64,000 nucleotides of DNA from Octopus vulgaris (Eukaryota): contig OX597832.1 of assembly GCA_951406725.2 (NCBI GenBank), positions 57,412,001 to 57,476,000 of the forward strand, written 5' to 3'. The number at the start of each line of letters is the position of its first letter. The stretch's first letter is position 1. The translations under genes and the position numbers were made by a program. Of this stretch, positions 52,545 to 64,000 are shown piece after piece. The notes beneath the pieces are model-generated. The model ran no database searches. It worked only from the letters and a program-made list of their open reading frames with translations, and had not been told where the DNA came from.

Positions 52545-52672
52545 TAGTGCTTTTTACATGGCACAAGCATAGGCGAGGTCAGTTTTGGCAAGGTTTTTAC
52601 AGAAGGGCATCCAACTGTGAAAACCTTGCCAAAACTGACCTCGCCTGTGCTTGTGCCATGTGAAAAGCACTA
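52545..52672. repeat. Inverted repeat, 58-bp arms, 12-nt loop, derived from family B sequence
   Basis: 52545-52602 versus 52615-52672 with three mismatches. Confidence 0.92.
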
Positions 52673-53705
52673 CTAACCTCACCTGTACTTGTGCCACATA
52701 AAAAGCACTGCTGCTCACTTCACCTGTGCATGTGCCACATAAAAAGCACCATTCACCTCACTTGTGCTTGTGCCACGTTAAAAGCATCAAGTCCACTCTA
52801 CGGGGTAGTTGGTGTTAGGAAGGGCATCCAGCTGTAAAAACCTTACCAAAACAGTCACAGACGTCTGGTGCAGGATTCTGTCTGGCCAGCTCTTGTGAAA
52901 CCATCCCACCCATGCTAACATGAAAGGTGGTTGTTAAACAATGGAAAACGATGATGATGGTGGTTGGTGCCATATGCATCTCATAATGTGGGAAGATGTA
53001 ATTGTAAGTCTAATACAAAATATAGAATAGGGGACTCCTGGTGGTTTGCTGTGCTTGAGAAGACATGTCGAAATTAAGTAAAAGTGTGGTTGTCCTTGCA
53101 TACAAGCATGTCCTCTGCTGAGCATTCCTAATCTTGCAGGTTTATGGGCATCGAGCTGTAAAAACTATGCCAAAATAGACATGGGGCCTTGACAGCTCTG
53201 CAGCTGGTCAGCTCCTGTCAGACTGTCCAACCCATGCCAGCATGGAAAACGAATGTTAAGTGATGGTGATGATGACGATGGTGAAGGCGGTAAGCTGGCA
53301 GAAATGTTAGCACGCCGGGCGAAATACTTAGCGGTGTTTCATCTGCTGCTACGTTCTGAATTCAAATTCCGCCAAGGTCGACTTTGCCTTTCATCCTTTC
53401 GTAGTCGATAAAATAAGTACCAGTTACGCACTGGGGTCGATATAATCGACTTAATCCATTTGTCTGTCCTTGTTTGTCTCCTCTGTGTTTAGCCCCTTGT
53501 GGGTAGTAACGAAATAGATGATGATGATGGTGGACTATGGCTGTTATGTGAGAATAATACAGGTTAATATCACGGTATGTATGTCTGTTTTAGAGGGATA
53601 CTTTGGCTTGTCTATGAACCAACAAATATATATGTTGGTATGTATGTGTATAAGATGAGTAGCTGTTCCATACTGCTGTTGTGTTGCTGTAATTTTTGTC
53701 TTTAA

Positions 53706-53925
53706 ACCTTTAGCATTCAGATCACCCTGTCAAATGTAAGCCTTATTTATTCTCATTGCTATGAATTAGTCGTTCTTTATCTTATAGCTTCATGATTTCA
53801 ATGATGTTATTGTTTATTTCTGGCATGGCATTGTAGGTCAGGTGTGACAGGTTGGATCAGGCTGATATAAACATAAAACAGGTAGAATATTTTGGCCGGG
53901 TGTGACTAGTTTGAATACCAAAGGG
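53706..53925. mobile_element. TTAA-flanked piggyBac-like MITE, second family
   Basis: ttaa|ACCTTTAGCATTCAGA...TTTGAATACCAAAGGG|ttaa imperfect TIRs. Confidence 0.7.
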
Positions 53926-54824
53926 TTAAATCAGATATTAAGGTGGGAGTTGAGATGTAATGTTTGTATAAATTGTTAAGATGTTTTCATTTTCACCACC
54001 GCCAGTGACACGGCTGTCTACTTTGGAAAAACAAACAAACAAAGCAAACAAACAAACATAAAACAAAACTAAATATGATGAGATGTCATTGACTCCGGAT
54101 GTGTGGGATAAATTCAAAGATATCTTTGATGTCATCAACAAATATAAGAAAAATTTGCGATAGATTTCTAGTGTCATAAATTCCGTTCAAAAAATAGAAA
54201 ACTACCACCATTGAAAACCAAATACAATTTACAGTAATTCGTTAAATGTACTTTCATTAGATATCTTAATTCACTTCTAATTGTTGTTTTTACTTTCTAT
54301 GGTTCTATTGAAAGGAGAAAGATAATTCGGTGTTTACTGTTTATTCTCATTTGATAAATTCTTATCAGTGATATTTATACGACACCGGTAAAAATGAATG
54401 CCTAGAATCTAATTAATTATTTTAACGACTTGTGTGTTTTGTTTCCTTGAATTTTGTTTTCTTTAGTAAGTGGTTGGGTTTTTGTAATTTAGTGTAGTTT
54501 TGATAAGGGTTTTCAGAGTTAGGAGCTCGCTTGCTTTCTTACTTACTAGTAATATATACACTCTCATATATATGCACACAAACATGTATATACATATACT
54601 CACATATATATGCACACACACATACACAAACATATATGCATGTATATATACCTACATATATATATGTGTGAGTGTTTGTGTATCTATGTGTATGCATGTA
54701 TACATATATAAATGTGTGTGTTAGTATATATACATCTACATACATGTGTATATGCATATACACACACACACATATATGTATATGTGAATATGTGTTCCTG
54801 TGTTTAATATATATATATTGTGTT

Positions 54825-54859
<35 letters not shown>

Positions 54860-55421
54860 TTACAAGTGTGTGTGAATGAGTATGTATGTATGTATGTATG
54901 TATGCATGGTTTCTAAACTGTCATATGTCTGGAGTGGCTCACAGATAAACTGGCAAAATTTATGTTGGAAACTGCAAAGACTTAATCTTAAGTCATGTGA
55001 TTCTAGGTGCAGGAAATAACTGATTACCTGAAGCTGTATATGTTTAGGGTTACCGAGTGCCAAGAGGAGGGGTTTTCTGTGGATTTGATTGATAGCTGTT
55101 ACTTCCGTTGGGTTTAAATCAAACAATCTTTTGGATAAACTTTAATCAGATTCATAAATCAGTCCTGCTGTACTCAATGAAATTTCTAAGGAACTGGTCG
55201 TTAGGAGTTTTAAAATTGTAAGAGGAAAAATATTCTGTGATGCTAAGTGAGCTCCCATGAGGGGTGGTTTTGTGATGGGTAAGATGTTAACTTGTGAGAT
55301 TACGCTGGGCTTTTGTTTGTTTTAGGCGCACTAGAAAGGAATTTATGCGGTCTTGTTCTTACTTGAACTAAACAGGATATGCGTGTAGTTCTATCGGTTA
55401 ATCGCAAACTTTCTAAGAGCA

Positions 55422-56500
55422 TTAACTGTTTCGTTGCTATATTTCCATTAAAATATGCTGTCTTTGTTTCATTTAATTCTGAAATTAACGGAGAATTTTG
55501 TAAAATAATTTTGCTGTTATTAAGCTGGTGACTGGAACATAAATTAACCCATTGCTTGCCATGAGCCCCATTTGGGGATCTGTTAAAAACAGTCTTACTG
55601 CTGGTTGTTTGTTGTATTTAAAGTGAATTGCTTATGTGAATTGTATTTGCAGAGGTGTGTTTAACAATATTTAGTAGTTAAAAGTGTGTCATTATTAGCT
55701 CTGGCTAATTCTAAAGGACATTTTATGGCATAAATCGCAAGTTTTGAGCTACAAAGATATCGACTGTTTTGAAGACTTTTTTTTTCTATTTCCCAGCTAT
55801 ATCATTGATTGATATTTCATACACATTCGCATTTGATACTATAGATTTTAAAAAAAGCTAAAATGTTTATTATTGCAATTGAATGGAAAATGATAAATAT
55901 GCTGTTTTTCACCAATTCCCATTTGGGACTTTTTGAAAAATTTATTATAATTTCCAAAATAATTTACGTGAAGAAAATTTGGATCGTTTCCTTTGAACCC
56001 TAAAGCTAAAACCAGTACAAACGCATGAACAATGTCATAAATAACAGTGACAAACGAAAAATATGCCAACGATAGTTGTTGACAAACAAGGGCAGTGATT
56101 TTATTCAGCTGAATACACGTCATTGATTGGTTAAAATTACCGAAATATGACCACTTTAACACGAAATAACTTTGAAAATACAAACTGTTCTCAACAACAC
56201 TAAGAGTAAAAGATGTTTAATATGACACATTCTACCAGTGTCCGAAGTTTGAAAGTGTTTAGTTACAGAAAATTAATTTCTCGATCTGCCGTTGAAAGGG
56301 AAAAGATCTGAAAATTTAAATACCTTATATTATTTAAACTCTTAAGAGACCTGGCAAAGCAAAAAAAAATATGAATAAAAACATTTAGTAGTTAATGGGT
56401 TAAGACAAAAGCTTTAATGGTAGATTTTAATTAAGATCACTTCAGTTTTAAAACAGGAAGCTTGTATTATAAAACTGGGGGACAGTCTCAAATGAGTTTC
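55422..56500. mobile_element. Nested non-autonomous DNA transposons: old MITE > TTAA element 55548-56399 > inner element 55982-56308
   Basis: The outer halves align to the reverse complement of the 25061 MITE and rejoin across TTAA. The middle element has ttaa|CCCATT...AATGGG|ttaa. The inner one has TIRs gatcgtttcctttgaac / gttgaaagggaaaagatc. Confidence 0.65.
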
Positions 56501-56724
56501 AGAACATATTAAATAATATAATCTTTCTACTGTAGGCTTAGGACCTGAAATTTTGGGGGAGGGGTGTAGTCAATTACATTGATCCCAGTGCTTTACTGGT
56601 ACTTAATTTATCGACCCCTAAAGGATAAAATGCAAAGTCGACCTCAGCAGAATTTGAACTCAGAACTTAACGACAGGTGAAATACGGCTTAGCATTTTGC
56701 CTAGTGTGCTAACAATTCTGCACA

Positions 56725-57310
56725 CCAATGTTCAAAGGTCGTGCTTCACCACCTCATCCCATGTCTTCCTGGGTCTACCTCTTCCACAGGTTCCCTCAAC
56801 TGATAGGGTGCGGCACTTTTTCACACAGCTATCCTCATCCATTCTTGCCACATGACCATACCAGCGCAGTCATCTCTCTAGCACATCACACCTGATGCTT
56901 CTTAGGTCCAACTTTTCTCTCAAGGTACTTACACTCTGTCTAGTATGCACACTCACATTACACATCCAGTGTAGCATACTGGCTCCATTCCTTGTGAGCT
57001 TACACATGTCCTCAGCAGTCACGGCCCATGTTTCACTGCCATGTAGCATGGTTGTTTGTACACATGCCTCATACAGTCTACTTTTTACTCTGAGTGAGAG
57101 GCCCTTTGTCACCAGCAGAGGTAAGAGCTCTCTGAACTTTGTCAAAGGCTATTCTTATTCTAGCAGCTACACTTTCAGCGCACTCTCCCCTGCTAGTGAC
57201 TTGGTCACCCAGGTAACGGAAGGTATCAACTGCTTCTAATTTTTCTCCCTGGAAATTGGCGGAAGTTGTTCTCTGCACATTTTCAGTGTTTATAGTTCCT
57301 GAGCATCTGC
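56725..57310 (-). mobile_element. RTE-clade LINE ORF 3' region, decayed
   Basis: GEKLEAVDTFRYLGD..CAESVAARIRIA / KFRELLPLLVTKGLSLRVKSRLYEACVQTTMLHGSETWAV...LRWYGHVARMDEDSCVKKCRTLSVEGTCGRGRPRKTWDEVVKHDL. Confidence 0.92.
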
Positions 57311-57319
57311 TACGTGTGG

Positions 57320-57652
57320 CGTGAGGCTGTTTGATAAGAGGAGGACTGAGGACTTGCTGGGTTGAAGGAATCAGTGGAACGGTTTGCAAGGGTGAATGGA
57401 TGTGGTGGTAATGGGCATGTTTTGAGGAGGGATGAGGAGCATGTTCTGAAGAAGGTGTTAGAGTTTGAGGTAAATGGACAGCAAAAGTGAGGTAGATTGA
57501 AGAAAATATGGACGGGACAGGTGGAGGAGGAAAACTGGGCAAGATGGTGAGATGGTATGAGGGTGGTTGCTATGGCATTGAGGTAGATCTGGCCACCCCC
57601 GTTAACGAGGACAAAACCCGGATTTTAAATGATGGATGATGATGATGATGAT
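57320..57652 (+). mobile_element. 3' end of a second RTE-clade LINE with a (GAT)n tail
   Basis: W*GHVLRRDEEHVLKKVLEFEVNGQQK-like peptide, then a short 3' UTR and gatgatgat tail. Confidence 0.7.
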
Positions 57653-57663
57653 ATATGTATATA

Positions 57664-58012
57664 CAGGGTGCAGTGAATATACTGTTGTCTAAATTACACA
57701 AAAATTCAAACAACACTGACATCTCATTTTTACAGATATATTTACCAAAATTGCATAAAAATGTCTTGAAATACTAAAGAGTAAATTTGTTCAATAAATA
57801 CACTATTGGCTTCAACCACAGCCTCCAGACGACTTCGGAATCTCCTGCAACTCTTCTAGAGGGTCTCCTTGTTTAAGTTGGTGAATGCTGCCATAATCTA
57901 TGCCTTCAATTCATCTTTGGTGTTACAAGGAGTTTTGTTGATCTTTCACTCAACTGTGCCCCACACATAATAATCAAGAGGGTTACAGTCTGGGGAGTTA
58001 GGTGGCCAGATG
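57664..58012 (-). mobile_element. Tc1/mariner transposon 3' end with transposase C-terminus
   Basis: TA|CAGGGTG terminus at 57662-57670. Minus translation IWPPNSPDCNPLDYYVWGTVE*KINKTPCNTKDELKA*IMAAF...CRRFRSRLEAVVEAN (SPDxNPxD motif). Confidence 0.9.
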
Positions 58013-58019
58013 TTACGTA

Positions 58020-58501
58020 CCGGTGGCACGTAAAAAGCACCAACTGATTGTGGCTGTTGCCAGCCTCCTCAGGCCCCTGTGCTGGTGGCACATAAAAAGC
58101 ACCGACTACACTCACGAAGTGGTTGGCATTGGGAAGGGCATCCAGCTGTAGAAACACTGCCAGATCAGACTGGAGCTTAGTGCAGCCTCCTGGCTTCCCA
58201 GACCCCGGTCGAACTGGCCAACCCATGCTAGCATGGAAAACGGACGTTCAGCGATGATGATCATCATTGTTTAGCGTCCACTTTCCATGCTAGCATGGGT
58301 TGGATGGTTCAACTGAGGTCTGGGAAGCCAGAAGGCTGCACCAGGCCCAGTCTGATCTGGCAATGTTTCTACAGCTGGATGCCCTTCCTAACACCAACCA
58401 CTCCGTGAGTGTAGTGGGTATTTTTAACGTGCCACCGGCATAGGTGCCAGACGAGGCTGGCAAATGGCCACGATCGGATGGTGCTTTTTACGTGCCACTG
58501 G
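58020..58501. repeat. Spacerless palindrome of two tail-to-tail family B elements
   Basis: Centre atgatga|tcatcat at 58260/58261; arms of about 240 bp. Confidence 0.88.
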
Positions 58502-58517
58502 CACGGAGGCCAGAAGT

Positions 58518-58781
58518 CCTGGCAACTCCAGGGAAGACCACCCCCCACGATGCCATGCATCAGTACCCAAGATTGTTCCATTCCGACTTGGCCTTCTGAG
58601 CCATGTCAGGTTTAAGCATCATGGAGGCATCACATGAACCAAACTCAGACATGAATTTGATTCATCTGGTGCTTCTATGATGCTTAAACCTGACATGGCT
58701 CACAAGGCCAAGTTGGAATGGAACAATCTTGGGCATTGATGCATGGCAGGGTGGGTGGTGGTCTTGGTTGGAGTTGCCAGG
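58518..58781. repeat. Foldback or MITE-like hairpin with arms of about 130 bp
   Basis: cctggcaactcca...tggagttgccagg, with perfect inner blocks such as gagccatgtcaggtttaagcatcat / atgatgcttaaacctgacatggctc; loop about 4 nt. Confidence 0.9.
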
Positions 58782-59314
58782 TCTTGCATTGCCTTCTTTT
58801 TCCTCTCTTCAAAACTTTACTAGCAAGAATTTCTCCTCTCTAATTTGTTGTCTCTTGCACCAAAAATGGTAAATTCTTAGCTGTAGATAATCATTCATTC
58901 ATATCTAGGTTTCTTCACGTTAGTTGATAAATATGGTATCAAATGCATTCTCTCTCTGTGTGTCGAAAGCACTTGTTGACCCCACGCCTGTCTCTTCTCT
59001 GCAAAATCAAAATACAGACTGAAAGACATATTGTGTTTTTTTTTTGTTCTGAGGCAAACCGTATTAAAATGTTTCGGAGTAATATTAGCTCACAGCTTCA
59101 TTTGAACTCGATAACACATACATATTCTTCATTTTGTAACAAAAAAAAGCCAGCCAAAAAAAAACAAAAAGAAATGAAACAGAGAATATAAAAAAAGAAC
59201 AAAAAAACTCGGTACTAATATTCTGGATTAGAAAATTCTTAACATATACAATTCTTAATTTCCTCCAGCATTTCCAAATTATCTTACACTGCAAACATTT
59301 TTACTGAATTCCTT

Positions 59315-62880
<3,566 letters not shown>

Positions 62881-63415
62881 TCCATGCACCCGCGCAGCGT
62901 GCCTCGCAAAGATATGCTAAACCCCTAACACAGCATCTAGTGATGCTACGTTCCATTTTTCAATAAGTATGTTCCCTTAACAACAACAACAGCAACAACA
63001 ACAACCACAGCTGGTCCCTTACTGCCCCTTTCTACTCCCTACTGAAATAAAAGTCCCATTTATTACACAGGAAGCCAAATAAATTGCAGGTTGCATTTTC
63101 TTCAGCGAGAGGCTGGCGGCAGTGGAGAAAGGGGAGGAATTGGATAATGACCTTTCGTGTGAAACATCGCCATGGTATTGGAGGAAGTGTGTTTGTGTAC
63201 GTGTGTGTTTGCGGTTGTGCGTGTGGGGTTTGGGCGGGGTTGTATGGGGGGTTGGGGTCGGGGAGGGAAGTTTCTGCAGCTGCTGTTAGGTTAGTGCACT
63301 TGCTGTAACCAAGATGGTATTATGATGCAGGCATGTTTTTTATTTTACCTTTTCACACTGATCAGTCAGCCATCCTCACCATCTTTCTCTTGCTTTCACT
63401 GTTTCTCTCTGTATG

Positions 63416-63450
<35 letters not shown>

Positions 63451-63803
63451 ACATGTGTGTTTATTTGTGTGTGTGGATATATATATATATATATATATAC
63501 ATATGTGAATATATAAATGTTTCTATAAATGTGTACATGTGTGTATACACATGCTCGCACACATGCACGTGCACACACACACATACACATTCATGCATAT
63601 ACATTTTTTTCTCTCACATTCTGTAATAAATATATCTATATACCATCACCATCATTATCAGCATTTATCACATATATATACATGTGTATTCTTTCATTCT
63701 CTGTGCTTGTATTTATATATATGTATATATATATACACACAAACACATACATACATACACATGCGCACACACACACGTGTATTATATATATATATATGTG
63801 TAT

Positions 63804-64000
63804 GTGGAGGCGCAAAGACCCAGTGGTTAGGGCAGCGGACTCGCGGTCGTAGGATCGTGGTTTCGATTTCCAGAAAGGGTGTTGTGAGTGTTTAATGAGC
63901 TTAAACACCTAAAGCTCCACGAGACTCCGGCAGGGGGTGGTGGCGATCCCTGCTGTACTCTTTCGCCGGAGCTTTCTCCCACTCTTCCTTCTGTTGGCCT
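63804..64000 (+). mobile_element. tRNA-derived SINE related to family E (runs off the window end)
   Basis: gtggaggcgca..cagtggttagggcagcggactcgcggtcg...aaacacctaaagctccacg...ccggcag matches 19560-19852. Confidence 0.8.

Overview
AT-rich, microsatellite-saturated animal genomic DNA. The repeat families look to me like Octopus/coleoid cephalopod; that is recognition, not a database result. The only host gene I can support is four internal + strand exons of IFT80 (24661-24785, 38178-38351, 41076-41150, 50046-50209). They have canonical AG/GT ends and matching phases, and splice into one open frame of 538 nt. I found no neighbouring IFT80 exon, so the whole window is probably inside this one transcription unit. 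Nearly all listed ORFs are simple-repeat artefacts. The introns hold five short interspersed repeat families (labelled A-E here; four have tRNA-like heads). They also hold decayed RTE LINE, Penelope-like (RT and GIY-YIG), Tc1/mariner and hAT fragments, and TTAA-flanked piggyBac-like MITEs, including a recurring dimer and a triple nest. Most worth follow-up: (1) a U2 snRNA 5' half fused to a SINE body; (2) three different minimal hammerhead-ribozyme-like motifs in pieces next to (TA)n tracts, one inside a perfect 63-bp foldback; (3) many long inverted repeats that would make the IFT80 pre-mRNA rich in dsRNA, one with only G-U-compatible mismatches on the sense strand. None is shown to be functional or novel, and repeat boundaries were read by eye.
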